This document shows positions 26,991 to 42,201 of a stretch of DNA of 64,000 bases, piece by piece (within the stretch, counting starts at the first letter, position 1; every line of letters starts with the position of its first letter). The notes beneath the pieces were generated by a model, which ran no database searches, was not told where the DNA came from, and was given only the letters and a program-made list of their open reading frames with translations. Both the position numbers and the translations under genes were made by a program. The DNA is from Eledone cirrhosa (lineage: Eukaryota), in the NCBI GenBank assembly GCA_964016885.1, contig OZ024740.1, positions 333,126,001-333,190,000 on the forward strand, given 5' to 3'.

Positions 26991-27437
26991 TCTATCACTG
27001 GGGATGAGATCTGTTGCTATACATGTGTTAGTTGTTTTCTTGGTCTTGTTTTCTTCTTCCATTACCCGTCTCTACATAATTCCACACTAGATTTGTTTCT
27101 TGTTTTGTCCTTAATATTTACTGCCCGAGTGATCAATAGAGTAATCATTATATTCATCTCTAGTATGCTTCTTTTTACTTGATTCCTTTACTCGTTCAAT
27201 TTTCTACTCTCAGTGTAGCATTATATTACGCACATATCCGTTTTTTCTCTTTTTTCCCCCCTCAATTGTTATCCATTTTACCATTTCCATTTGCTATGTC
27301 TGCCTTATACTGTTTTACATTACTTATCTTAAAATGTGTATCTCTTTAAATATAACAAATTCCTTTTTTTTTCATATATTTGTTGAGTATTATAATCTAT
27401 ATTACTACAGTTCAATAACCTGCCTGTCTACTTTCGT

Positions 27438-27510
<73 letters not shown>

Positions 27511-28454
27511 CACACACGCACGCACATACATATATATATATATATAGAGAGAGAGAGCGAGTGATAAGCAGAAAAACACCTATAGACTACCCTCTCAAGC
27601 TTTCTTATTTAGACATATATTTTTTCACATTTTCATTACGTAGCATAACATTGCATCTCTATATTTCTCCATTCCTTCGTCATTCATTCTCTACTGCATT
27701 CTTTATTCATTTATTCAACAACAAATGAAGTCTATATGCTGGTGATGTTTTCTCTCTCTTTCCATATCTTCTGGTGATGTTTAAGTTATTAAGATTCTAA
27801 CTCCAACAACCTTATAGCAAGATGTCTATCATCTTCTATATCTTAATTGATAAGCAAAATAAACATTTCTTACGATAGCCTGTACATCTTGGTATTGCTT
27901 TACCTCTTTGATAAAAATAAATGCCCGACAAAATCTAATGTTTATGCTCTAAGCTTGGCATTATGCCAATCTCCAGTACAAGATTACACAGTCTTCGACT
28001 CCTTTTCACTCTGTGGCTAGAGACACTTAAGATTGGCCAATTTCCAAAACACTTATTCAAGATTAATTGTTTCTTGCTTCCACTGAATACAGGCTAAATT
28101 TTTACTACATGATATTTATTTTATAAAAGAGTCTTAAAAAATAACATTCGTCTGGTTTTACGTGTGTTGAAGTTTATTTCGGGGAGAATTGTTGCTGGGG
28201 ATTTCTAGACGTTAATAAATAAACTTTCTGAATCACGTATATTTAAAATACATGTTTATTACAAAAATAATAATTTAACAAAGAAAAGAAATGAAGAAAA
28301 TATTGAGAAAACATAAAACCATAATCATTAAATTATTAATTTTGAATATGAATACTGAAGGGAATATTATAAATAACTATAATTCCATAAATGCTCATAT
28401 ATATTTTTATATATGCCATTTTATGAGTTTATTTTTCATTCATTATATTTACGT

Positions 28455-28637
28455 ATTGGCAGTATCGGTAGAGGCTCGGACGCCATGCTTTGACGCATAG
28501 AGTTACGGCCCTTGCCATTCTGAGTTCAAATCCCGCCGAGGTTAACTTTGCCTTTCATCCGTACGGGGTCGATAAAATAAAGTACCAGTAATGCACTGGG
28601 TAATTGCTGGCCTTGTGCCAATAGTAAAACAATTATA
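28455..28637 (+). mobile_element. tRNA-derived SINE
   Basis: A box TGGCAGTATCGG, B box GAGTTCAAATCC, conserved core, tail ggccttgtgccaatagtaaaacaattat. Confidence 0.9.
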
Positions 28638-29126
28638 TTTACGTATCTTTGAGTTTTCCCTTCTTTCTTACTGATTTGTGAATATATGAGTGCCTGTATG
28701 TGTTTTTCTGTATGTATGAGTGTGTTTTTGTGTGTACACTACCTTGCGCTGGTGTATGCATGTCTGTGAAATACGCGGCGGATAATATTTATTAATTTAT
28801 ACGTACTTAAATCATGTAATCTGCCCTAACTCTTTGTTAAACTGCTACCAATATCACGTTCGTCGGAGAGAAAACAAAACTATTATATATTTTTAACATG
28901 TTGCTGTCTGCTGAGTTTCTTTCTTTACCATTAGTCGGTGGATAAGCGGGTTTCGGATAATGTCATTATGTTTTGTCTTGTCTTTATGTTACAAACGAAG
29001 AAAGCACTGAGGAGTAAAGAAATCCACTACATCATTCTATTCACAGATCTATTCTTTCATCTACTGAGTAATTATTATTGGAAATTCCTAATAACTACAG
29101 TATAAATCAGAATTGATCATGTGTTG

Positions 29127-29184
<58 letters not shown>

Positions 29185-29369
29185 CTCTATCTATCTATCA
29201 GACGTGTGTAACTTCGTGGAGAAGTTTCCGTTAATTTATGTAAGAAAAAAACGTGAGTTTTTAGTTAGATTTTATATCATTGTGTAACTTGACCCCCCGT
29301 TTGGACCTTCAGGTGGTGGGTCAACTCATTTTCGCCCCTACAGGGGCGGAATATCCATTTAAAAATGTT

Positions 29370-31331
29370 TTCTCCATCGAATCTTGGAAAAAAATATTGT
29401 AAAATTTTGATTACGTTATAAACGCTGCGTCCAACGATAATGGTGGTGGAGAGGCGGTAAGACTACAAAGCTCGCAGTCAACAACGTCTTTTTCACTAGA
29501 TACTATAGAGTTGGAAAGACGAAATGAAAATGTAAAAACGAATTCATATCCAAACAACACAAATGACACCAAACAGTTCAATGACAACAAAAATAACAGC
29601 AACACCAATAATGATGATAAAAGCAACAATGATAACAACAACAATGAAAAATATAAAGACAACACCAATAACACCAGCATCAAATACAACAACAACACCA
29701 AGGAAAATACGAACAATACCAACATCGGTGACAACAAGAATAACAACAAAATTAACAACAATAATGACAACACCAACAACACGGATTCCACAAAGAAACC
29801 AAAAATCTCCTTTGCAGAGAAAGTTCAAAAAAAGGAAGAATTGATATATCTCGACATAACAAATGCTGAACAACTTTTAAAGGACGCTAGGAGATATGTC
29901 AGTTTCGAAAAAATGGTGCTTTCAGCATCAATTCTCCGGTAGAAATTCGCAAGGAAACTGCTCTGAAAACGATAGTTTTTAGGACAGTTTCCAATTCTAT
30001 CCGAAAACCAGTCCAATTGTCACAGAAAGAAATTGAACAGGTTTTCAAAAATTCAATGAATGATATTGCATTCATTCAAAGAAGCAAACTTTTTGGGAGT
30101 ATTTCGGTACTCATGAAGGATCAATTGACGGCCCAAAATTACTCTGTGTCGCCAATTGTATCCAACCTGTACACCTTTTTCCCTACATACATGGGAAAAG
30201 GGACACAAAAGATCAGAATCACGAGTGTCACACCAAAGGTGAACATATGGTAGATACTGTGCGGCTTCATCAATTTTGATGAAGACAGAATACTGTCAGT
30301 AGGCAAGTCCCCCAGAGATGTATTCAATGGGACTAGCATTGAAGTTCTGGTGCAAATGAGCCCAGAGCGAATAGCTATGATCCCACAACGTGTACTCCTG
30401 AACGGACTCACCTACATAAACTTTTCGGTTGAGTGTAGGCGGCCTTCATGTTACCATTGCTTTAGCAGGGGTCACCTGAGGGCTTCCTGTCCTAAATTAA
30501 TGAATAAAAAAAAGGCTCTTCTGCCGACGCCCATCAAAACAACACAACCACCAACACCACCACAACAACAACAACACCAACACACAAAAATAACCACAAC
30601 AAACACAGTCCCACCCAACCCACTCCACCTAAAACCACTGCAAAATCACATACAGACACAACAGCTCCCCAAGACATACCCCTCCCCAATCACACAGACG
30701 ATACAACAGATGAGGCTATCTCGCCATCACCCAGTGAAGACGAGGGAGAACCCCATCGCTCGAAAAGAAAGAAAAGACATCACAAAAGCAAAAAACAAGC
30801 AAACACTACCACAAACATACAACCACCAACACAAACAACAAAAACATCACAAACAAGACCCCCACCTCCTGAAAACAAAATACCTACAACAAAACGAAAG
30901 CACACACAAGAACTACAGACAAAAACAAACACAACACAAGAAAATTACACTTACACTTACATAAACACTGAAAACAAAACACGAATGGAGATCATCACGA
31001 ACAACCCTTCGGTGAAAACCGAAGGGAAAACTTTCGTCCACTCTATTAATAATAGCAAAAAACTGAACCTAAAACTGATTAGGGTCCCTATACAAACTTA
31101 TAGGTCCCTAAAAGAAACATTTGAGAAGGATGTGGGGATTCCTGCGTGAAACCACTCAACCGCGTCCTTCTCAAATGTCTCCCCACCCCAGACACCCCCA
31201 TCCAACCAGACCCCACCCCACCAAACATCTCCGTCCCCACCCCGCCGGAAACCACCACCCATCCAGACAACCCCTCCAACACCCCCATGGAAATCGTGCG
31301 GCCTGGTCCCCAGGAGACAGAGGGTGAGTGA
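29370..31331 (+). pseudogene. ORF1 (gag-like), disrupted
   Basis: Asn-rich N-terminus, SFAEKV motif, CX2CX4HX4C knuckle CYHCFSRGHLRASC at 30449-30490, Pro/Thr-rich tail; several stops and frameshifts; start approximate. Confidence 0.75.
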
Positions 31332-31364
31332 TCTCTTTTCCTCTTTTAACTTTTCAGCACCAAC

Positions 31365-34300
31365 ATGGCCAATATAAGAGTTGTATGTGTGAACGTACGC
31401 GGCCTGGGGATGCCCTGGAAACAGGACAAACTCTTAAACGACCTCAGGTCGCACAGTATGGATGTGGTAGCCATTTGCGAGTCCAGGATCCACAGCGAGC
31501 GACAGCTGGTCCCCATCTTCGATGACTTTAAGATCTACGTATCTCTCTGTCAACCGGAGGGTGGGGGGCGGAGTTGCCGTTTTGCTGCGGAAACACCTGG
31601 GCCTCGTAACACAGACAGTACATCTGGACCCGGAGGGTCGACTGGTGGTCCTAGCCGTTGACGGTAGTGAAGGTGGAGCCTTCAGTCTGGTGGCCGCATA
31701 TGCCCCATCCGGGACACCGCGGCCAGACTTCTTCAGACGTCTAGAGACTTTTCTGGGAACGTCCCGCTCCTTGCTTTTAGTGGGGGACTGGAATGGAATC
31801 CTAGATGCACGTTGGGACTATGTGGGAGCATGTCCCGATAAAGAGGGGTGTCACAGCCTCAAACAGTTAATCGACCGATTTGATCTGGCCGATAGATATC
31901 GACTAGATTTTCCGTCTACGCCACTGTGGACGTGGAGTAATCGTAGCGGAACATCTAGATCGTACCTAGATAGGGTTCTAGTTAGAAATAAGGATAGGGA
32001 CATGTTAAGCTGTCCACAAATGTTCATGGTGGCCTATTCAGATCACAAACTAGTGACCTTCATGGCCAACCTTGATAGAACCCATAGACAAGGACCCGGC
32101 TACTGGAAGCTGAACTTGTCGTTACCGACAAGCAAAGCCTACAGAAGACGGATTAGCACTTTAGTTGAACAGCACTTGACAGGGGCCATTGTCAACAACA
32201 GATGGTGGTACTCTCTCAAGAGGGCAGTTAGATTTGACTCGATAGTTTTTAGTAAAGAATTAGCGTTAGATAGAAATAGAACCGAGAAGGAACTGGTAGA
32301 TAAAGTAGAAGAGGCAATTAGAAGTGGCAACGTAGCCAGCGTGCTAGCAACGAGAACGGTCTTGGACCAGTTCTTCGACGCAAAGCACGAGGGCTGCGTT
32401 GTCAGAAGCAAAATACGTGCTCTGGGAAACGAGGGAGCCAAAGCTGTTAGCTGGGCCCGAGTGACGGAGGCAAAAAGTGGCAACAAGTCCACAATTCGGT
32501 CTTTGAAGGACCAAAACGGACGCGTGATACGTGAGCCGAAGCAGATGTGTGCGGCTTTTCAGCGGCACATTGCTCAGCTGTTCGGGGGGGGGGGGGGGGG
32601 GAGAGGCTATGGATTTCGGTCCATACCTCGACTCTCGGAAAGCGAGGCAAAGTTCTGCGAAAAGCCGATTTCAGCCACTGAGATAGGGGACGCGCTGAGC
32701 CAATGCGGCAAACGCAAATTTCCAGGTCTCGACGGTCTACCCTACGAATTTTACGTAGCAATGCCGGACTTATTCTCCGGTCTCCTGGAAGCGGTCTACT
32801 GCAACTGGCAACAGAACGGGAGAATTCCCAGTTCTGTAACCGGGGGCGTGGTCACACTAATCAGGAAGGACGAGAATAAGGGGGATGACATAGGCAACTT
32901 CCGGCCCATAACTATGCTAAACACAGAGTTACAGATTTTGGCCAAAGTGTTGGCAAAGAGGCTGGCGCTTGTCGTCGAGAACCTGGTTGGAGAAGCGCAG
33001 ACATGCGCAATCCCGACCAGATCAATACACGACAACCTCCACCTCATGCGATACATCATAGAGAGGGTAGGGTGTAAACCCGGCTTCGGTGGGACCCTGA
33101 TCATCTTGGATCAGTCTAAGGCTTTCGATAGGGTTGACCATCGTTACCTGGATGCGGTGCTCGAGGCGGCAGGCTTCGGACCCGTGTTCAGGGGCTGGAT
33201 TGCTGCAATGCACAACAGCAACATCTGCTCAAGGGTCAAGGTGAACGGCTACCTCTCAGAGCCGTTCAATCTTACGCGATCCATTCGACAGGGATGCCCT
33301 CTCTCCTCCCTTCTGTACGTACTGACTCTCGAGCTACTACTGCGGAAGCTGGAGCTATTGCAGGGCATCCCTCTGGAACCGGGACTGCGGAAAGCAGCGT
33401 CGGCCTACGCCGACGACGTGACAGTAATGGTGTCGAGCGCCTCGCAAATCGAGGAAGACGGCACCTTACTGAAGGAATACAAAAGTCTCACAGGAGCGAA
33501 GCTGAACCGGGACAAGTCCATCGGTTTGCAACTCGGATCGTGGAGAGGCGAACCGATGTCTTCCGATGGTGTCGTCGGACGCTGGACGGAAGGACCGGTA
33601 AAGCTGCTCGGGGTCTGGTTTGGTCCGGACCTCCAGGTGGAGAAGAACTGGAACGAAGTGACGGCCAAGGTGCTTGCACTCACCCAGAAGTGGGCCGAGT
33701 GAAAACTATCCTTGAAAGGTCGAGCGGAGGTGGCGAACACTTTTATAGCGTCCGCCATCTACTACCGCTTGACCGTCGTGCCTTGTCCAGCCAAAACGCT
33801 CGCCAAAATGGAGCGCGCGCTCTTCCGATTCCTTTGGAAGAGGCGGGCTCCTTTGGTGAGAAGATCCATCTGCTGCCAACACCCTTCTAACGGAGGGCTG
33901 GGGATGCCGTGGTTGACGATGCGCAAACACGCGCTGAGGCTGCGGCATCTCTACGTATTCCTCACCGGACAACCGGTGTGGGCCCCGTTCGTGAGGCGAG
34001 CCTTTCCACGACTCGTCTCGCTGACCGAGCTGCAGTCCTGGGTCAAGTAAAGACCGAGGAAAATGGGCGACTGGCACATCGAATGTGCTCAGGCGCTCAC
34101 AGCCCTCTGTCAGGCGGACCCGGCGAAGAGTGGAGACTCCACTTCGTCATTCTATAGAGGGTTGGTCTGCAGCAAGTGCGACGACGCGCTCGGTGAAACT
34201 CTAGGCGTAGAGGAAGATGAACTGGCCAGTCTGTTCGGTAGGACCTTCCGCCCGGGACCGATGGACAGCTTCCAAAAGTCCCTGGCCTGGCAGTGCTACC

Positions 34301-34790
34301 GAGGAGCTCTACCAGTTCGAGACAAGCTCTACAGACATGGGCGCCCGGGCAGGGACCCTGCAAAAAAGATCTGCCCGAGGTGCGTGCGAGACGAAGAAAC
34401 CGTCGCGCACGCATTCATACAGTGCCCGGGCGTCACTGACCTGTGGGGCTATGTAGAACGACTATTGTCGCGGGTGGGACCAATCCGGTTGACCACCGAG
34501 TCCATTGTCATGATCAAACCGCCACCCTCCTTCAAAAACGAAGGAGAGGCGGTTTTCCTTTGTGTGATAGCTATGACGAAAAAGGTTGTATGGTGGACAA
34601 GGTTGAAAGGGCTGAGGTCAGACACCTTTCTCTCCGGCCAACAACTGATTCTTTTTTTTCAAATACCACTATGGAAGAAGAATCAGGATGGAGAGAGAGG
34701 TGCTCTACCCCAGCAAGTTTTATGAAAGCTGGGTGAAAGTGGCGAGAATGGCCCGAGTGAATGGGCCTTCTCTCTATATCAGCCTGTAGG
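31365..34790 (+). pseudogene. ORF2: AP endonuclease + reverse transcriptase + CCHC finger
   Basis: CVNVRGL, GDWN, SYLDRVLV, SDH; PGLDGLP, LDQSKAFDRV, RQGCPLS, YADD (33406-33417); CPRC..ETVAHAFIQC; frameshift near G-run ~31560, in-frame stops at 33700 and 34048, frameshift at T-run ~34655. Confidence 0.92.
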
Positions 34791-37700
34791 TTGAAGAAAA
34801 GGAGGAGGAGAGGAAGGGAGTACAAACTCTTCGTACTCCTGGAGATGAGGGTTGCACATTTTTTCGGGGGTATGTGTTACCCATATAAACTGTCTCCCTC
34901 TATTGGGGAAAATCGACTAACTTTTTAAATTCCATTTGTGATAGCATTTTACACGTTTTTATTGTATGTAAACTTCCCCCTTTGTATTTGTCCCCTTCTT
35001 TTGTGCCCCTGTGGCTAATAAATAAATATATCTATCTATCTATATGTGTGTGTGTGTTAGGGGGTGACTGACTGACTCTTTATTATTCTAATTTCATTTT
35101 CAATGGATTGGTACAGGGAATAGTAAATAACAATATATTTGTAACAACCATTTGTCGTGGAAATTCCTATTCATTGTATAGTTATATTTATGCCGCCCTC
35201 AAACATAACTGTTTCTACTTTAGGCACAAGGCCAGCAATTACCCAGTGCATAACACCACTAAAAGACGTTTGAATGTATTTACGTCTATAAACACCGGAA
35301 AAAGGACATGGGTTAGAACATATGATAATATACTTCCTACCCGCCATCAGACACGATTAATATGAAAAATGCTATAAGCTCTGCCCTTTTGTCTGTCCCT
35401 AAGTAATTACGAATGTAAATACACGTTTTTGATACAGGTGGTTTTATTACTCATGATTTTATATTTATAAACAGAATTCACCATGTTGTTTAATAATGCT
35501 AACATGGTATTGTGGGCTGAATTATAAGTTGTCAAACTTTAAATTTCACACGTTTGTAAAATATCAAATTATCAAATTCAATGCTTTCTATTATGTTTGT
35601 TTACAATTAGAATTTACTGAAACTAACGTACATTCTCTCTCTTGAATCACTCACCATCGTATTGCGTTGCATTATTATTGTAAATAAAGAAACCATTATT
35701 ATTGTAATCACAAATAATACCTCACTATCCTATGAATTGAATTAAAATTATACCTAATGAAATAAATTAAGCGTATGAATATTATATTATATGAGTAAAA
35801 TTCTATGGTATAGTTTGGAAAATTTACTCTCTATAATTAACTCCCTTACTCCTTCCTTAGCTCCCCCTCACATTATCTCGTCCGCTACCCCTCTCTCTCT
35901 ATATATATATATGTGTGTGTGTGTCAGTCTGTGTATATAAACATGTATAGATAAACAACCACGTATACATATGCACTCTCTCTCTTTCTCACACACAAAC
36001 AAACTTGTATATATATATATATATGTATATGTATGTATGTATATATAATCTTTTAGCATCTATCTCCGATTCTCTACAAACTATTAAAATACGCCTATAT
36101 GAACGTATTGTAAACATTTCATGGTATTCATTGTAAAGGTTTAGGCGGGGGTTGATGTCTGTGCCGGAAACAACTTAGAGTTATAATCCACAAGCTATTT
36201 GTAAACTGCAATTAACTTTATATCATATGTCACTGAATTCTACTCACTTTCTGTATATGTAAATGTCTGTGTATAGTTGTTAACATACGCTCTAGGATTG
36301 TATTTATATCTAGTTTCAGATTTTAGAATGAAACTAAATTCAGCTTTAATTATATGACGATTTTGATTATTGTGTTGAAGCTGAAATCATTTAATAATAA
36401 TGTTCCCTCTATGTGAATTCTTATAATATTAAATATATGTTTGTTTTTTTTTGTGTCATTATATAGATCTGATTTAATACATTTTAGTTTTGCGTATATT
36501 TGTTGCATTTATCAATTGAATTTTAGCAGTGTTAGATAGAAAAACTTTGTTACTATTATTTATTTTGTTTCTTCGTTATTTGTAATACTCGATGGAATAA
36601 CATGCGTTATTGAGTTGCTTATCTCTTATGGCCCGGGATCGTTTCCTCTTTCATTAACTTGCTTTCCAGTGAACATTACTCAATCATATTTCCAATGTGT
36701 CTATTTTGTGCAATATGAGCAGAAAATATACTGATGAACACTCGAAGGGTTGATCAAGTATATTGGTTGCCTTATATTCGTATCGAGCATTGAGGGTAGG
36801 GATTTAAGCAGTATAGTTTTGTGATTGATAGGTGCTTTTTCAATGTAGAAGCATAGGTGTAATTTGCAATGAATATTCAATTTCCTTCGAAGTTTAAAAC
36901 ATTTGTCAGTCAAATATTCTACTTCAAAAGAAAATACAGGTTGTTGACGATTTTGCTTTACATTATTTATAACCATATGATCATAATGTATGCATTCATG
37001 TATTTGGATGAATAAATGGATCCAGATAAGCAATGTGCGTCGAATAATTGCAATTTCCTTAAACTATGATAATACCCTTTTCAGTGCAGTAAAAGATTTG
37101 TTTAGGAATACTTTATGCTTTGACTGAATTTGCTGCTCCAAGTATTGCGTTGCCGTTGTATTATTATGACCTTTAGCATATCTAACGAGATATAATAGCT
37201 CACATATATTTTCAAAACATAAAATTTTAAAATAACCCGATAATGTAGAGGATGAGAGGGGGCAAATAATAAAATGAATATTATAGACACCGCAATGGAT
37301 ATTTGTTTAACACCAGTACAAAAATATTATCTAATGAAGACATTGCCATTTTCGACTACAACGTGTTAGGAATTTTATTCAGTGTAATTCTTTAAACGAA
37401 TAAACAAAACAGTTGCAAACAAACAACATGAAATGAAATATTGAATTTGGAAAGAATTATGGAATGTCAGGAATTCACCTGAATAGTGCTTAAGGCATTT
37501 TTACCTAAATACAAGTTTTCTAGTTATTTATTCCAAAGATGACACTGTGTTGGTTCCTATTCTTACCAGTTTATTATAAACTGATGCAAGATGTCTCAAA
37601 ATAAATGTCCGCGATTTACAAACGTATTAATAGTATTAATAATATTATAATATGCTCTTTAGATTTCTATAACTGGAAGTTAGTTATTGTAATATGATAT

Positions 37701-38829
37701 TAAGGAATTACTATTCAAACAACTCGTGTAATTGACGCTGCGCGTATTGCTTCTAGTATTGTAAATATCAGGCAAAGGGAAAACCAGGTTGATCTATGAA
37801 TCGTAAACACGTAGATTTTGAAGAACCTTAGTTGATTGTATATTATCGTTGCTACAGTGTAACAAGTCTCCCACTACTTCAGGTTTCTTCTTGAGGGAAC
37901 ATTTGTCGGATCGCATTGTATCGGTATATTCAGGGAATTCTAATATAATTATCATTGTTGAGCCCAGCCGCAGGATGGAATAGAATAAACGTCTTCATTT
38001 TCTGCCTTTGGATATTGTCCGTCTCTCTCCCTCTCCCTCTTTTCCCCTCTCTTTCTCTCTCTCTCTTTTTCTCTCGCGCTCTCTTTCTCACTCTATCTCA
38101 TGGACAATTATACTATCTCCCGCTCTCTGTATATTTGGCTCCTCCTCTCTCTTCCAAAATATTTCATGATTTAAAGGAACTGAACGTATCGTAAAGGCAG
38201 ACCAAACTAGTGGAATTGCATTTCATTGTAACCTACACAAATTTAACTCGTAGAATTATTTGCCCAAATTCATGACTTATCTCACTTAATAATTGTCTTC
38301 AATATATATTTACAAATTTATTCATACAAACATATAACACATATATATATACACGAATACATACATATATACATATATTCATGCGTGCATACATACATAA
38401 ATATAAACATAGATGCACACACATACACACATGTATATGTGTATATAGTATAGGAAAAAGAAGTTTAAAATGAAATTGGAGTCATTCAGAAGGTCATACA
38501 ATAATGTATGACTTTACAGGTTTTACAATATTTCTGTGATTTTCCTAAGTCAAGAGATATAGAAGAATGTGTGGCTTGGTATTGCTTTACCTCGTTTGTA
38601 AATCCCGGAGATTTATTTTCAAATATCAAGACATATCAAGAACAGTGTGGCTGCTGACTTGTATCTCGCTTCTAATTGAAGTGGAGCGTTTCTTTTAGTT
38701 TTATACAAAACAAGTTGCTCAGATTGCCCTACGTTTGACGTACAATTTGATAGGTTGAGAAAGATGACGTTATTAGGCATCGGTTCATTTTGGTAATGTC
38801 ATCTCTTGGATCTTTCAGGTTTTTGCGGA

Positions 38830-39010
38830 AAAGTGACTAAAATGGGCGAACCAACAAAAGTCTGCAGCAAAGGCTACCCAAGGAAGATAACATTTTAATA
38901 ACTAGATAACATCATTGACTGGTGTAGCCATCAAGCTGCCATTATAAATAATTGCGTGTCCACAAACACTAACCTGCCAGAGCCAACGAAGAAGACTGAC
39001 ATAGAGAGAG
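38830..39010 (+). mobile_element. Possible old RTE-like 3' fragment
   Basis: Degenerate ..QRLPKE/PRKIT..LDNIIDWC-like coding. Confidence 0.3.
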
Positions 39011-40415
39011 CAATGAAGAAGGGTCCGGCAGTTTACAAGCATTTAAATGTTCATTAAGAGTGAATCCACAGGGCCTGGCTGTCAAACACTGAGATTCATA
39101 ACCCTGTTGGAGTGAAATATATGTTCTTTATCCAATATAGTCAAGATTTCCGAGATCCCAATAAATGTGAATAACTAATGGATATTGTCCTGTATTGCCC
39201 TAGAAGAAGCAACACCCTCCTCGAAGACAAAATAACGTGATGGAAACACTGGTTTGGGATCAGTGTTGATGTACCATTCGACATCAAACCAGATACATAC
39301 AATTTACTTATACACTCTTTGAAATCAACAAAGGGGCAGGTATCTAGTTGAATTCAATTCATCTCACTATCTAGCGATTATTACCCTTAAGAATTGGATG
39401 ATTTCCAGCCTATTAAATTATGTTACCAATATATAAAACATCCTTTTTCAAACACTATTTGTGAATATTTACAAATATCAGAATATGATATTAATTCGTG
39501 TGAAATCAAATATATGAAAATAGACAAAAATACTTATTTACTATAGTCATGTAATCAATATTAGATAGCGTGTCTCTATCACAATATTGTTTCAAATAGT
39601 GGAAGTTGGAAAACAAACTGCAAAGCCATACAAAACATTTTACTATATTCACCAGTTTACTTCATATTCTTGATTTTCACCTGGGTCGATGACTCAAGTG
39701 CCAGTAATATATATTTGTTGATTCACAACGCTTTACACCTACCCAACAGATATTGAAATTCTCCTTGTCAAACAAGTCAATAATATTGAGAATATTCATT
39801 TCCCACCGGCGTTTTCCTTACTGATATCGCTCAAACAAAGCAGAAAACTTCACAATTTCTTCCCTTAAATCATCACCTCACTGCTATTGTAGAAGATACT
39901 TGTCTGAAAGTTTTTCACTGTTTCAAATTTTAGTATTTCTATCTCACTAAATTTGTGTCCGTTCTCATATATACGATACAGTTATGCGAATAGATAGTGA
40001 GCTATGTGTTACTGGAATATGTTCAGCATAATTAAAATCGAACTTTTACTTTTAAATAGCAAATGATCTTTCCAGGTATGTCTGAAAATCTGAACTTATC
40101 TTATTTGTCAAAACGAAATAGCGTCTCTAAAGATGTCCTTACGAAGTATCAAAATGTTCTATTCATATATTTGATGCATGAATACACACTTCCTGGGAAA
40201 CCAGATTTAACGTCGGACAAAACTTATGGATGGAGGTGGCAATAAACTATTCAAACAAGCCTCTCTTTCTAATGGTTGAACGAGTCTCTTGTTATCCTAC
40301 GCGAAGATGATGCACTATTGTTGCCGTTATTGGTTTTAGTCTTATTAAAGTGTTTTGATGGTTGTTGTTGTTGCTCTTATTATTATTATTATTATTATTA
40401 TTATTTTTATATAAT

Positions 40416-40605
40416 GGCGGTGGATTGGCAGTATCGGTTGCTGGTCGGACGCCATGCTTTGCAGCCTAGTTACGTCCCTTTACGGACTGAGTTCAAATCC
40501 CACCGAGGTTAACTTTGCCTTTCATCCTTACGGGATCGATTAAATAAAGTACCAGTAATACACAGGATAATTTCTGGCCTTGTGCCAAAAGTAGAAACAA
40601 TTATT
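40416..40605 (+). mobile_element. tRNA-derived SINE, full length
   Basis: ggcggtggattggcagtatcgg ... gagttcaaatcc ... core ... gtagaaacaattatt. Confidence 0.9.
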
Positions 40606-41247
40606 TAAGCCAGTCACCAATTTGCTACTTTCTGAGACTTGTAAAAAGAAACTTTTTTTAGAGGCTGCCTTTATTCACCTCGTAGTAGCTACATCGCTGG
40701 ATTGTGAGTGTTTTTATCCAATGCTCCATCTCTTCTAGTCTTTTAGCCCTGTTGTTCCATACTCTATGTGGCTGCATCGCTATCTGCCGACTGCAATAAC
40801 TTACCTAGCTGAACAACTGTTCAAGAACTGGCTATGGACCTGCAACTTATTGGGAGGTGTCCGATGGAAGCAACCAGTTTGAATATCCCGAGATCTCAAA
40901 GAGGGTCTAGAAAGGAGCAAGACCAGATATCAGAATGTGTTATCGACTGGATCCCATTGGGGATGTGTTAAAATTTGCCTCTTGAATGTTAGCCTGGAAG
41001 AATCGTCGCTCCGTTTGGTGCAACATTTCCAGCCAGATCCCCCCTTAAAGAAATCAGAGCAGGGTCAAATGTAGTTAAAACTGAGTGATATCCCCTAATT
41101 AATGAAACAACATCCGGTAGAAACAGCATCTTCAGATATTCATGAAGTGCATTTGGGAGCGACGGATAACCTCTCGAGTCAGAGTTTACCGGAGAAATTA
41201 ATGAGTTTAAATGTAAAAGCACATTCAAAAGGCATATATATATATAT

Positions 41248-41940
41248 ATGGTGGCTGCCAACTCGTTTTCGAGTACGGCCACTACTTTATATCCATGCAG
41301 GAGAACCCTTACCGAAGCGCTGAACGAGTGTGACTTTTTAGTCCAGCCAGCGACTTGAAAACTCTGGTACAAACACTACACTTGTGACAATTATTGACAC
41401 ATAGTGCTGGGCCCATGGTACCATGTGACGACAAGTGTAGAGATATCTCCAGATATAAAGCAATGCCTGTGCCGTGAAGCTTTTATAGTGAACAAAGGCA
41501 CTGCACAAAGCCAGTCCCACTCTCTTAACCAAGATGATATTTACCAAAAAGAAGAACAAGTCAACATCATTGGATACCATCAGGGTTGCAGGTGTTATAT
41601 CAGAGTTTTCCTTCTCCTAGAATTCGGCCTTGACAAAGGCTAAGGGGTCATCTCTCCCGGTGATTTTGGATGGCCATTGACTCTTAAGAGCTCCTTTGCC
41701 CTTTGACAGGTTTTGTTTTTAGTCCTGCAGGATGTCCAAAGTCACCCTCCTCACCAAGAAACCTTGGTGGGGTTGCCAGTTTAGTCGCCAACGACCCGAC
41801 CATGAGACAGGTTGTACTGGGATACATGCTACCAGTAGCACCAATTGGTGACCTGACCACAGGCTACAATGTGAGTATTCTTACTCTTGAGATACACCTG
41901 TTTATGAAAGGGGCATCATGTATGATGACCGTAAGATAAA
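41248..41940. mobile_element. Unclassified interspersed repeat; first ~410 bp recur inverted at 54724-55134
   Basis: High-identity reverse-complement match, reflected in the near-identical spurious ORF pairs. Confidence 0.8.
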
Positions 41941-42086
41941 CAGGTGAAACTCATGAATATGAATATTAATACTTTACTTTGGTTCTGAGTACTCCTTTTC
42001 TAAGCTATCAAACAAATACACCCTCCTTTCTCTCTGTATATATATATATATATGTATGTGTGTGTACATATATACACACTCACACA

Positions 42087-42201
<115 letters not shown>

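Larger units (their letters stand above)
29199..35028 (+). mobile_element. Near-full-length Tx1-like (L1 superfamily) non-LTR retrotransposon, ~5.8 kb, inactivated
   Basis: 5' UTR, ORF1 with zinc knuckle, ORF2 APE-RT-CCHC, 3' UTR ending AATAAATAAAT; (TATC)n on both sides. Confidence 0.93.

Noticed and set aside
28455-28540. tRNA gene
   Set aside because: The A and B boxes belong to SINE heads; no cloverleaf or CCA/terminator context
41338-41643. Paired near-identical 79-80 aa ORFs at 41.4 kb and 54.8 kb
   Set aside because: By-product of a dispersed repeat; open on both strands with no domain signature
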